DNA of 64,000 nt from Acidimicrobiales bacterium (GCA_050008715.1 JBEKMC010000002.1:1920-65919), one strand, 5' to 3'; positions 1 through 8,755 are shown, counted from the stretch's first letter. Program-made: numbers and translations. Notes: generated by a model from the letters alone, not told the origin.

Positions 1-1393
1 TCTGGAGGACGGCGGACGTCTCGGCCGGCTTGTTCCAGTACGCCGCCATGAGGATCGGCCCGCGCACGCAGATCTCGCCGGCCGTCCCGAGCGGTAGTGA
101 CACAGCGGTGTCGAGATCGGACGTCGGTGTCATCGGGTCGACGACCTTCAGCTCGACGACGGGCATGGCGCGACCGACCGAGTCGGGGCGCTCTCGGGCA
201 TCGGCTCCTGTGTTCACCGTGGCGACCGAGCTCGTCTCCGTGAGGCCATAGGCGTTGCCGATCGAGCTGACGTTCGGGAACGTCTCACGGACCATACGCT
301 GCAGCTCGCCGGCAGAAGGAGAGCCCCCGTAGGCGATCGACTTCACCGACGAGAGGTCGTACTCGTGGCGGCGGGGGTCGTCAGCGACCCGCCAGATCAT
401 GGTTGGCACGGCAGACCAGATCGACACGCGCTCTCGCTCGATCGTCGCCATGACGGCTTCGGGATCGAAACGGCCGGGCGGGATGACGAGCCGCATCCCG
501 GCTGCGAAAGCGACGACCAGGTTCGAGTGACAACCGGAGACGTGGAACAGGGGCGACGTCAACATCCCGACCGTCTGGCCGGCGCCGGTCAGCGGCAGGA
601 TCGAGTCACCCTCGCCTGAGGCCGCTGCGACCATGGCCCCCTTTGCGCCGATGAAGAATGTGTTCTGCAGGTTCGCAATCATGCTGCGGTGCGTCGACAC
701 GGCGCCCTTCGGACGACCGGTCGTGCCGCTCGTGTAGAAGATGACCGCAGGGTCGTCCTCTGTGATCGCCCGTTCCCAAGGGTCGGCTCCGTCGCCGTCC
801 GAGCCGGCAGGGGTGTCGGGTGGGAAGAGGTCCGAAGCGGGCCTCAGCTGGACGCTGCCGCCTGGCGCGGTCACCTCCGAGGGGTCCGCCCCGACGAGGT
901 AGACGACGCGCAGCGCCGCCAAGTCGCCGAGCTGGCCGGCGATCCGCTCGTAACGCCCGCGGTCGGCCACGAGCACCGCCGCGCCGCTGTCCTGCAGCCC
1001 GTACAGGATCTCGTCGGCTTTCCACCAGCCGTTCAGCCCGACGAGCACGGCCCCCATCGATACCGACGACCAGAACGTGAGACACCACTCAGGGCAGTTG
1101 GCGGCGAGCATCGCCACACGATCTCCCGGCGAGATACGGCCAGGGCCGGAGGCGAGCTGGCGGGAGCCGGCGCGGGCAAGAGTGACAAAAGACGGGAAGC
1201 TGATCCGGCGGTCGCCGTAGACGAGAAACGTCTCGTCATCCCCACGGCTCCCCGCCGACACGGCGATCTCGCGAAGCGATCCCAGCCGGTGGCGGTACAC
1301 GTTCATCTCGACACCGCCGACGAGATCTCGGCCAATCTCGAACATCCCGCCCGGCCCGGTCAGCTGGTCCTCGACGAGCTGTGCGTGAGTCAT
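1..1393 (-). CDS. AMP-dependent acyl-CoA synthetase/ligase (FadD-like); the C-terminal end runs off the window
   Basis: My own minus-strand translation from ATG 1393-1391 (MTHAQLVEDQLTGPGGMFEIG...) stays open to position 1. It contains the AMP-binding signature FYTSGTTGRPKG (reverse complement of about 701-760) and NAYGLTETS. It is missing from the ORF track only because no stop codon lies inside the window. Confidence 0.85.
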   Translation of the reverse strand, partial: MTHAQLVEDQLTGPGGMFEIGRDLVGGVEMNVYRHRLGSLREIAVSAGSRGDDETFLVYGDRRISFPSFVTLARAGSRQLASGPGRISPGDRVAMLAANCPEWCLTFWSSVSMGAVLVGLNGWWKADEILYGLQDSGAAVLVADRGRYERIAGQLGDLAALRVVYLVGADPSEVTAPGGSVQLRPASDLFPPDTPAGSDGDGADPWERAITEDDPAVIFYTSGTTGRPKGAVSTHRSMIANLQNTFFIGAKGAMVAAASGEGDSILPLTGAGQTVGMLTSPLFHVSGCHSNLVVAFAAGMRLVIPPGRFDPEAVMATIERERVSIWSAVPTMIWRVADDPRRHEYDLSSVKSIAYGGSPSAGELQRMVRETFPNVSSIGNAYGLTETSSVATVNTGADARERPDSVGRAMPVVELKVVDPMTPTSDLDTAVSLPLGTAGEICVRGPILMAAYWNKPAETSAVLQ

Positions 1394-1529
1394 GACCGGG
1401 GAAACCACTTCGCGTCGAGCTGCTCGTGCGGCGTCATGGGGCGGGACTGTACCCGCGACCGCGCGTCAACAGGCCCTCCTGCGCCTCACCTACGCCGGCT
1501 GGGGCGTGCGCCGGCCGAGCCCGGGACGG

Positions 1530-2339
1530 CTAGATGCGTTCGAGGGCGCCGCCGTCGAACAGGGGTTGCATCCCCAGTCGTTCGGCGTCGTCGGCCAGCT
1601 CGACGTCCGTCGGCGCACCGAAGGCTGTGCGCGAGGCGGCGGCCGTCAGGATCGGGCGCAGCAAACGGGCATCGCTCGAAGTGTTGAGGAAGAGTTGCTC
1701 GTGCGACAACACATATCGCACCGCACGGCCGAGGGCTGCCTCGTCCTCGGTTGGCTTGTACCAGCTGAACCGAGGGCCGGCGTCCTCGTCAATCCAGCGC
1801 CGGCGAGCGACGGACTTGATCGTCTGGACGGCGACGCCGCTCTCGGCGCACCGCTCGAGCAACGCCTCCACATCCCGGCGGTAGCCCTCGTCCCGCAGCA
1901 GCACGAAGTTGTACGGCAAGAGGACGGAAGCGAAATCGGCTCGCTCGAGGCTCCGCAGGTGCATTGCGGCGATGCGCAGCCCGTGTCCGGTAACGCCGAC
2001 ATTGCGGGCGAGTCCCTCGTCCCGAGCCCGCATGAGCGCCTCCACCGCACCCCCGGGCGCGTGCGCCGTCTGCCACTCGTCTTCCTCGACGAGGTTGTGT
2101 AGCTGGACGAGATCGACATGGTCCACACCGAGCCGCTCGAGCGATCGTTCGAGACTGGCTCGCGCGGCGCCCCCCGTGCGGTCCCCTGTCTTCGTGGCGA
2201 GGAAGAAGTCGGAGCGGTGCTGCGCCATCCACGGCGCCAATCGCAGCTCGGAATCGCCGTAGTCGGCGGCGGTGTCGATGTGGTTGACCCCGGACTCGAG
2301 CAGCGTCGGCAACAGCTCGTCGGCACTCTCCTGCCCCAT
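1530..2339 (-). CDS. Aldo/keto reductase family oxidoreductase (homology continues upstream to about 2414)
   Basis: The ORF-track protein carries AKR-like blocks (NHIDTAADYGDSE, HVDLVQLHN, VGVTGH). In-frame upstream codons read IETAPFGRTGHDSSRVIFGAAALGS, a typical AKR N-terminus, but no canonical start precedes them (see findings). Confidence 0.8.
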   Translation of the reverse strand: MGQESADELLPTLLESGVNHIDTAADYGDSELRLAPWMAQHRSDFFLATKTGDRTGGAARASLERSLERLGVDHVDLVQLHNLVEEDEWQTAHAPGGAVEALMRARDEGLARNVGVTGHGLRIAAMHLRSLERADFASVLLPYNFVLLRDEGYRRDVEALLERCAESGVAVQTIKSVARRRWIDEDAGPRFSWYKPTEDEAALGRAVRYVLSHEQLFLNTSSDARLLRPILTAAASRTAFGAPTDVELADDAERLGMQPLFDGGALERI

Positions 2340-2592
2340 GGAACCGAGGGCGGCTGCTCCGAAGATGACGCGGCTGCTGTCGTGGCCCGTCCGGCCGAAG
2401 GGTGCGGTCTCGATGCGACAAGGTTATCGGCCCGTCCGCACGGCGATGGTGTCACGTGCGCCGCCGCTCACCTCCGAGCGGCCGATGGCCCCCGCCAGCC
2501 CCAATCGACGACGCGCTCGTCGTGTCAGCGTGAGTGCCACTGGCCAGAGCCCGGTGGTAGGTTCTCAGCAACCGTCCGAAGGGGGTCACGTC

Positions 2593-3798
2593 ATGGCGCG
2601 GCGGACAGCACCGGTCAACGACTGGGCACAGGACTTCGATGTGCTCGACGCGGGTTATATAGACGATCCGTTCACGGTCTGGGACGAGCTTCGTCAGACG
2701 TGCCCGATCGCCCACACCAACCGCCGGGGCTCGAACTGGTTGCCCACCCGGTACGCGGACGTCACGGCGATGGCACACGACATCGAGCGCTTCAGCTCGT
2801 CCGAGGTCGGCGTCATCCCGTTCGAGGGCGAGGAGCCCGAGGAGAACCTCCTGCCCTACGGGCTGCCGCCCATCTCTGTCGACCCGCCCGTGCACAGCTG
2901 GACGCGGCGTCTGCTGCTCCCGTGGTTCTCGCACCGCCGGGTCGAGGGTTACGAGGCAATGACCCGGGAGCTCTGCAGCGGGCTCATCGACTCGTTCCTC
3001 GCCGGCGGTCATGCCGACGCCGCCGAGGACTACGCCCAGCAGATCCCGGTGCGCGTGATCGCTCATATCCTCGGCGTCCCGGCCGATCTCGCCGACATCT
3101 TCACCGGTTGGGTGCGGGACTTCCTCGAGTTCGCCGACGACGAGGAGCGCCGGATGAAGGCGGCGGAGGGCCTCTTCATGTACTTCGTCGCCGAGGTGGA
3201 GAGCCGGCGCGCCAATCCCGGGACAGACCTGTTGAGCGAGCTGCTACGAGCGGAGAACGACGGTGCTCCCGTTGAGGAGAGCATCATCTTCGGCATGGCG
3301 ATGCTCGTCCTCGTCGCCGGCGTGGACACCACCTGGAGCGCCATCGGGTCCTCGCTGTGGCACCTCGCCACGCACGAGGCCGACCGCAAGCGGCTCACAG
3401 CCGAGCCGGAGCTCATGCCGCTCGCCGTCGAGGAGCTGCTGCGTGCGTATGCGCCCGTCACGATGGCGCGGCTCGTCACGTCCGACGTCGAATTCAACGG
3501 GTGCCCGATGAAAGCAGGTGACAAGCTGCTGATGAACTTCCCGGCGGCGAACCGGGACCCGGCGATCTTCAAAGACGCCGACAAGGTCATCCTCGACCGC
3601 CAGCACAACCGGCACGTCGCCTTCGGATCCGGCATCCATCGATGCGCCGGCTCGAACTTGGCTCGCATGGAGCTGAAGGTTGCGCTCGAGGAGTGGTTGA
3701 GGCGGATCCCGGAGTTTCGTCTTGCCGACGGCGCTGAGGTCCTCTGGGCCGGCGGCCAGGTGCGCGGTCCCCGAGTGCTGCCGGTCGTGTTCTCGTGA
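2593..3798 (+). CDS. Cytochrome P450 monooxygenase
   Basis: It has the heme loop FGSGIHRCAGSNLA (FxxGxHxCxG), the I-helix AGVDTT and the ExxR motif (EELLR). I moved the start from ORF-track 2272 to ATG 2593 (MARRTAPVNDW), which is preceded by GAAGGGGG. The 107 upstream residues are low complexity. Confidence 0.9.
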   Translation: MARRTAPVNDWAQDFDVLDAGYIDDPFTVWDELRQTCPIAHTNRRGSNWLPTRYADVTAMAHDIERFSSSEVGVIPFEGEEPEENLLPYGLPPISVDPPVHSWTRRLLLPWFSHRRVEGYEAMTRELCSGLIDSFLAGGHADAAEDYAQQIPVRVIAHILGVPADLADIFTGWVRDFLEFADDEERRMKAAEGLFMYFVAEVESRRANPGTDLLSELLRAENDGAPVEESIIFGMAMLVLVAGVDTTWSAIGSSLWHLATHEADRKRLTAEPELMPLAVEELLRAYAPVTMARLVTSDVEFNGCPMKAGDKLLMNFPAANRDPAIFKDADKVILDRQHNRHVAFGSGIHRCAGSNLARMELKVALEEWLRRIPEFRLADGAEVLWAGGQVRGPRVLPVVFS

Positions 3799-3992
3799 AG
3801 GTCCAGGTCGATCCGGACAAGTGCCAGGGACACGCTCGCTGCTACGCCCTCGTGCCGGAGCTGTTCATCGTGGACGACTACGGGATGAGCTCAGTGATCG
3901 GTGACGGCAATGTGCCGCCCGAGCTCGAGGACAAGGCTCACCTTGCCATCGCCAACTGCCCCGAGTACGCCATCGAGGAGCTGGCGGACTAA
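3795..3992 (+). CDS. Small ferredoxin (P450 redox partner type)
   Basis: This 65-aa protein has the CQGHARC...CP cluster-binding pattern of 3Fe-4S/4Fe-4S ferredoxins found next to actinobacterial P450s. Its GTG start overlaps the P450 stop (GTGA). Confidence 0.8.
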   Translation: MKVQVDPDKCQGHARCYALVPELFIVDDYGMSSVIGDGNVPPELEDKAHLAIANCPEYAIEELAD

Positions 3993-4046
3993 CAACCCGG
4001 GCGGAACGCCGGCGGCGGATACCTCCCACTCAACTTCGTGCACAGA

Positions 4047-4074
4047 GCGACCGGCGACCCCCCTGCCCGGTCGC
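4047..4074. terminator. GC-rich hairpin downstream of the ferredoxin gene (possible intrinsic terminator without U-tract)
   Basis: GCGACCGG (4047-4054) pairs with CCGGTCGC (4067-4074) around a 12-nt loop. It lies 55 nt after the fdx stop in a convergent gap. Confidence 0.3.
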
Positions 4075-4205
4075 CCTTCGCACTCGGTTCGGGGCGCCCG
4101 GCCGGCGATCGGTCGGTCGAGCCCTCGGTGCGACCCCGTCGGCGGTCGGTCGCCCTTCGCACTCGGTTCGGGGCGCCCCGCCGGCGATCAGTCAGGCGGT
4201 CGAGC
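4047..4205. repeat. Tandem direct repeat of about 79-bp period x2, with a 42-bp near-identical core
   Basis: Core copies at 4069-4110 and 4148-4189 (GGTCGCCCTTCGCACTCGGTTCGGGGCGCCC[G/C]GCCGGCGATC) differ at one base (4100 G versus 4179 C). Each copy is preceded by GCGACC... and followed by ...GGTCGAGCC. Confidence 0.85.
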
Positions 4206-5430
4206 CACCGACGCCGCCGTCCTCGTCCGGCGCGTAGTCGGGTACGACGAAGCGACTGGGGACGTTGCCGGTTCGCGCCAACCAGGCGTACTCCCAGGCG
4301 GTCAGCTGCGACACGGGCACGTCGAGCCTCGAATTTGTCCCGCCGGCGTTGGCAGCCGCCGCTGCCCGCGCCGCAATCGAAGCCGGCGAGAGCGAGCCCG
4401 CCGGTAGCCCGGAGACGCCCGGGCGCACTCCGTCGGCACGGGACCGCCCACGCCGAGGTCCGAGCTCCCGGTCAGACGCGCTGAGCTCGTCGACCCCGTT
4501 CAGCCGGCCAGCGGCCTCGTGGCCGCCCCAGGCTGCACCTTCGCCGTCGCCCTGCCTGTCTGAGTCTGTCGAAGCGACGCCCACGAGCGAGAGGGAACCG
4601 CCGCCTCGCGCATCGCTCCGTACGGCCACTCGCTGCTCGGAGTGCATCCATTGCAAGTAGATGGGTACGAACGCCCCGAGGGTGACGACTTCGGTGGCAG
4701 CCCACAAGATCCCGCCGCCCGTCCTCGAGCTCCCGAGCGTGTACATCGAAGCGAGCGGCTTGTGACTGTTGAGGATCGCCACGCCCAGGAACGCTTCGAC
4801 ACCCGATCCGAGCAGGATGTTCAGCATCCGAGCCGGGTAGCTCATCCTCCAATGGATGATCGGGTCGATCCCGACCATCGGCCACCAGAACAGCGTCGCG
4901 CCGAAGAGGAAACCGACGTTGATGAGGTCCATCAGCCACATGTGCAACATCGCGTAGTTGAGGATCGGCGTGAGGAAGAACACGAACATGGCGCCGTAGT
5001 AGAGGGCCCATGCGACGATCGGATGGCTGATCGCTGCAAACGGCGCCGAGCGCAGGACCGACAACCAGCGCTGCTTCAGTCGACGACTGCCCGTCTGGAG
5101 CAGGAGCGTCGACGGCGCACCCAGGGCGAGCAGCGGCGGCCCGACGACCATGAGCAGCAGGTGCTGTATCACGTGCGCCTGGAAGTACGTGCCCGTCATG
5201 GCTGCGACGGGGGACTGCAGGGCAAGATCGATCGCCACGAGCCCGGTCATGAACGACGCCGTGCGCCAGCCGCTCCACCGGCGTCCACGGGCGGCGAGGC
5301 GCCAGTCGGCCCGCAGGTACCAGACAGCGATGGCGACGAGCACGGCTGCGACGCACACGGGGAATGCGGTGAACTCCCACTGCGTGAGGGCGTTGTGCAC
5401 GGAGAAGCCGACATGGGCCATTCCAGGCAT
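4192..5430 (-). CDS. Cytochrome c oxidase assembly factor CtaG-like polytopic membrane protein (Caa3_CtaG family) with a long C-terminal extension
   Basis: It has about 7 predicted TM helices with the HVIQHLLLMVVGPPLLALGAP and WWPMVG blocks typical of the family. The C-terminal 140 aa or so are hydrophilic and low complexity. Confidence 0.6.
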   Translation of the reverse strand: MPGMAHVGFSVHNALTQWEFTAFPVCVAAVLVAIAVWYLRADWRLAARGRRWSGWRTASFMTGLVAIDLALQSPVAAMTGTYFQAHVIQHLLLMVVGPPLLALGAPSTLLLQTGSRRLKQRWLSVLRSAPFAAISHPIVAWALYYGAMFVFFLTPILNYAMLHMWLMDLINVGFLFGATLFWWPMVGIDPIIHWRMSYPARMLNILLGSGVEAFLGVAILNSHKPLASMYTLGSSRTGGGILWAATEVVTLGAFVPIYLQWMHSEQRVAVRSDARGGGSLSLVGVASTDSDRQGDGEGAAWGGHEAAGRLNGVDELSASDRELGPRRGRSRADGVRPGVSGLPAGSLSPASIAARAAAAANAGGTNSRLDVPVSQLTAWEYAWLARTGNVPSRFVVPDYAPDEDGGVGGSTA

Positions 5431-5493
5431 GCGCCCAGTGTTCTACCGCCGGGCCGAAATGACAACCTCGGACCCTGTGCGGCCAGTCCGCAA

Positions 5494-6726
5494 TCAGGCA
5501 GGACGTGCCGAGACGGTCAGCTTCTGTTCGAGCGACCAGGAGCCCGCCGGGCCGAGCACGTAGACCATCACCGTCGAAGCTACGACGGCCAGACTTTCGG
5601 TCGCGCCGCCGGCATCGAGGACGAGCGTCGTCGTGCCGGCGGGCAGCCCCGGCAGGGTGCCCCAACTCGCCCCGGACACCCCGAGCACTTCGGCCGTGAG
5701 CACGCCGTCGTGCGACATCAACAAGTAACACGAGCCGTCAGCGGCATCCCCCGTCGCTACCAGCCGCTGCGAGGGAGGCACGTCGTAGACCGGCGACGAC
5801 GTCCACGAGCCCGAGACACCCTGTGTCGAGCGGAAGACGCTGGCTGTGCCGTCGGCAGCGACTGCTTCGGCGAGTACCTCGAGGCGCGAAGCGTCCGTCC
5901 AGATTCGCAGGACCTCGGTGATCGTCGACGACCCGACGGTTGAGGTCGGTCCCGGTGCCCGGTGCCGCTGGCTGCCGTGTGCGGCGGGACCAGTCGGAAC
6001 GGACGGCCCCACCTGCGTCCAGCTCGAGTCTGTGAGCTCGAAGATTCCGACGTGCGACGATCTTTGGCATCGCCCGCCTGCAATCGGCTGTCCGTTCGGG
6101 CCGAAGCTGACCGCCGTGAGGGCCGTCAGGGCGCAGGCCGTGCCTCCCGCTGCTGCCAGCGCCGCCCGGCCGGAGAGCGTTGACGTCGAGGCACCCCGGT
6201 CGTCACTCGAGACGATCGACGAGCCGTCTGTGCCGAGCAGCGCCAGCAGTCGCCCATCAGAGGACGCCGCCACGGCATCGGGGACGGGGGCAAGGCCGCT
6301 CGGGAGGATGCCGCTCGACCAGTGGACCCCCCCGTCTGGCGTGGTCGCCAGCGGCGAGAAACCCAACAGTCCGCTCGTTTCCACGCCCACGACGCCGCCG
6401 ATCGAACCGAAGGAACCGGCGAGTCCCCCGTGGTCGTCCACGCCGGCGGGCGTCACGTCCGACCAAAGCGACGGTACCCCGCTCAGCACGAACAACCGCC
6501 AGCTCGGGCCGGTGGGGAAACCACCGGCACCCACCGGCACGATGGCCCACCCAAGCGCGCTGGAGAGGCCGCTGACGGAAGCGCTCGGCACGGTTGTGCC
6601 GATCCCCGTCGCCAGCGGGACCAGGAGCGCCTGCGACTGAGCGGCCGTCGGACCTCCGTTGCCGGGGCCGGCGTTGCAGGCGCACAGCAACAGAGCGCTC
6701 AGTATGAGCGCAAGGGACGCTCTCAT
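5494..6726 (-). CDS. Putative lipoprotein, possibly a BNR/Ycf48-like beta-propeller
   Basis: The N-terminal signal peptide ends in a lipobox-like LLLCAC. The protein is rich in Gly/Ser/Thr beta-strand repeats and has one Asp-box-like element (TTPDGGVHWSSG). I recognised no catalytic motifs. Confidence 0.5.
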   Translation of the reverse strand: MRASLALILSALLLCACNAGPGNGGPTAAQSQALLVPLATGIGTTVPSASVSGLSSALGWAIVPVGAGGFPTGPSWRLFVLSGVPSLWSDVTPAGVDDHGGLAGSFGSIGGVVGVETSGLLGFSPLATTPDGGVHWSSGILPSGLAPVPDAVAASSDGRLLALLGTDGSSIVSSDDRGASTSTLSGRAALAAAGGTACALTALTAVSFGPNGQPIAGGRCQRSSHVGIFELTDSSWTQVGPSVPTGPAAHGSQRHRAPGPTSTVGSSTITEVLRIWTDASRLEVLAEAVAADGTASVFRSTQGVSGSWTSSPVYDVPPSQRLVATGDAADGSCYLLMSHDGVLTAEVLGVSGASWGTLPGLPAGTTTLVLDAGGATESLAVVASTVMVYVLGPAGSWSLEQKLTVSARPA

Positions 6727-6754
6727 GGTGGACGCCAGCTAGGTCTCAGCTACG

Positions 6755-8755
6755 TCACCCCGATCCGAGCAGATGCTGCACGGTGGAAGCCAGCACCTCG
6801 GCGAACGACGCTTTGAGGGGTTGCGTCGCCGGTCCCGGATTGGCGTCGAGCTGGTAGCGCTCGAGTCCGCTGGCGTCGATGACGAAGACCCGGTACCTGG
6901 GTGCGGCCGCCGAGCCGGCGCTCGTGCTCGCCTCGATGCCGTAAGCGCTCCAGACTGCCTCGAGGCCTCTCACCGATCCGGTCAGATATTGCCAGTTGCC
7001 CATGTCGCTGAGACCTTCGGCTCGGTCGAACGCCAGCAGTGCCGCACCCGAGCGGTAAATCGGGTTCGTGTCGATGGCGACGAACTCCACCTGGTGGCTC
7101 TCGCTGCCGAGCAGGGACGACGCCTGCGACAGCTCCTGAGCGATCACGGGTGCTGCGAGGGTGCTCAGAGGATCGAGGAACGTGAGCACGACGACGCGGC
7201 CGCGCAGTGACGCCAAGCTGACGAAGTCGCCCGACTGCCGACGGAGCACGAAGGGGGGTGCCCTTACGTCAACCCGGCTCGGCACGCCGTCGATCGCCTG
7301 GTACACGATCGAGTCGGCGCGTCGGTTGAGGGAGGCGGCCGCCATGGGAGCGGCACCAAGCAGCACGACACCGACGGCGCCGACGGCCGCCAGCACGCGA
7401 AAGGAGTAGACCGGTCGGGCACGCACGCGCTCGCGCCAAGTCGGCTGGATCTCGGGTGGCAACGGGTCCGAGAGCCAGCCGAGATCCGGCTCGAGGTTGA
7501 TCGGCAGCTCCAGCTCCGGAGACAGCACCTCTGCCTCGACCGTTCTGCGTGTGAGCGCCAGGTAGCCGGCGACGATCACGACGAGGGTGGGGATCATGCT
7601 GTTCGGGTCTGTGCCCGTCCCGCCGAAGAAACCCAGGTCTTGCACGAGCACCCAGTCCGCCAGGCACACGACGACCGAGACGACGACGGCCGTGCCGACG
7701 ACGGCGGTGCGCTTGGCAAGCAGCGCCAGCCCGACGCCGGCGAGCATCACGACGACGAAGAGGTTGACGGCGAAGCCGTGTGCTTCCGCAAAACCGCCGA
7801 ACGAGCTCATCCACGCCGAGACATATCGCGGCTGAGGAGTCGCTGCCATCGTCTGGACCATGGCCGCCAGCGTCCCGGCGTGAGTTTGGACACCCACCCT
7901 GCCCTGCCAGAACCCTCGTCCCGGCCATGCCTGCAGAACGGCCATGACGAGGAAGTACACCCCCATCGACCGAACGACGAGGCGCCCGATCTGCCCGCTC
8001 GCCCACCTGCGGTCGTCCAGCACCAGCAGAATCCCGGCGAAGCAGTAGAACAAGACCGCCCCCGGGGAGCCGAACATCCAACTTACGCCGGGAGCGAAGA
8101 GGCCGCCGAACACCTCTCCGAACACCCAGACGATCAGGCCCCAGGTCACACTTGCGACGCCCGCCGCCCTCGACCAGCGACCGCGCGGCGCGACGAGGAG
8201 CCAGAGGCCGATTCCGAGCTGAATCCAGACCGTTGCCGAGCCGGCGACAACGGGATGATCCCCCCAGATCGTGGCGCCGAAGTTCACGACGTGCTGTGCC
8301 CAGGTGGGGGACGCCGCCGCCGTCGGCCCGATCACCTTGGCCGTCATTCCGAGCGGCATCGACGTCTGACCCTGCAAGATGCCGTCGAACACCCAGAGCA
8401 GACCGAATCCGATGCGAAGGAATCGCCGGCCGCTCGGCTCAGGCTCCGCCCATGCCTCCTGGCCGAACGCAAGCTTCGCACCCAGCGCCAGCCCGGTCGT
8501 CCCGGCGGTGACGCCCGGGAGACCAGGCGTCCCGCCAGGTGTGGAGCCGGCGGCCGATGCCATCGCGACCGCGTTGCGGAACTGAACCGAGCGCAGCACG
8601 CTCCAGGCGATCGCCAGGAGGACGAGGATGACGACGACCACGAGAGCCTGTCGCAGCAGCGCGGACTGGAACGCGGACACGATGATGGAACTGCCCGGTG
8701 CTACCCCGCTGCTCATCCCCGGCAAGCTGAATCGACTCCTCCGCGACGCATCCAT
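6755..8755 (-). CDS. Polytopic membrane protein fused to a C-terminal SCO1/SenC-like (thioredoxin-fold) domain that lacks the CxxxC motif
   Basis: It has about 10 hydrophobic helices in the N-terminal 470 aa. The C-terminal 185 aa follow the SCO pattern (VVVLTFLDPLSTLAAPV...VEFVAIDTNP...WQYLTGS...YRVFVIDASG) but contain no cysteine. Confidence 0.55.
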   Translation of the reverse strand: MDASRRSRFSLPGMSSGVAPGSSIIVSAFQSALLRQALVVVVILVLLAIAWSVLRSVQFRNAVAMASAAGSTPGGTPGLPGVTAGTTGLALGAKLAFGQEAWAEPEPSGRRFLRIGFGLLWVFDGILQGQTSMPLGMTAKVIGPTAAASPTWAQHVVNFGATIWGDHPVVAGSATVWIQLGIGLWLLVAPRGRWSRAAGVASVTWGLIVWVFGEVFGGLFAPGVSWMFGSPGAVLFYCFAGILLVLDDRRWASGQIGRLVVRSMGVYFLVMAVLQAWPGRGFWQGRVGVQTHAGTLAAMVQTMAATPQPRYVSAWMSSFGGFAEAHGFAVNLFVVVMLAGVGLALLAKRTAVVGTAVVVSVVVCLADWVLVQDLGFFGGTGTDPNSMIPTLVVIVAGYLALTRRTVEAEVLSPELELPINLEPDLGWLSDPLPPEIQPTWRERVRARPVYSFRVLAAVGAVGVVLLGAAPMAAASLNRRADSIVYQAIDGVPSRVDVRAPPFVLRRQSGDFVSLASLRGRVVVLTFLDPLSTLAAPVIAQELSQASSLLGSESHQVEFVAIDTNPIYRSGAALLAFDRAEGLSDMGNWQYLTGSVRGLEAVWSAYGIEASTSAGSAAAPRYRVFVIDASGLERYQLDANPGPATQPLKASFAEVLASTVQHLLGSG

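Noticed and set aside
2506-2522. Inverted repeat CGACGA-N5-TCGTCG between the AKR and P450 genes
   Set aside because: Six-bp GC-rich arms are expected by chance at this composition, and there is no adjacent regulator gene. I did not think it strong enough to report.
2272-2592. 107-aa N-terminal extension of the P450 in the ORF track
   Set aside because: The extension is low complexity and spans the divergent promoter region. P450 homology begins at Met-2593, which has a good RBS.
4069-4189. Possible miniature CRISPR array
   Set aside because: There are only two repeat copies and the 'spacer' is partly homologous flank. There are no cas genes in the window, and the repeat is not palindromic in the CRISPR manner.
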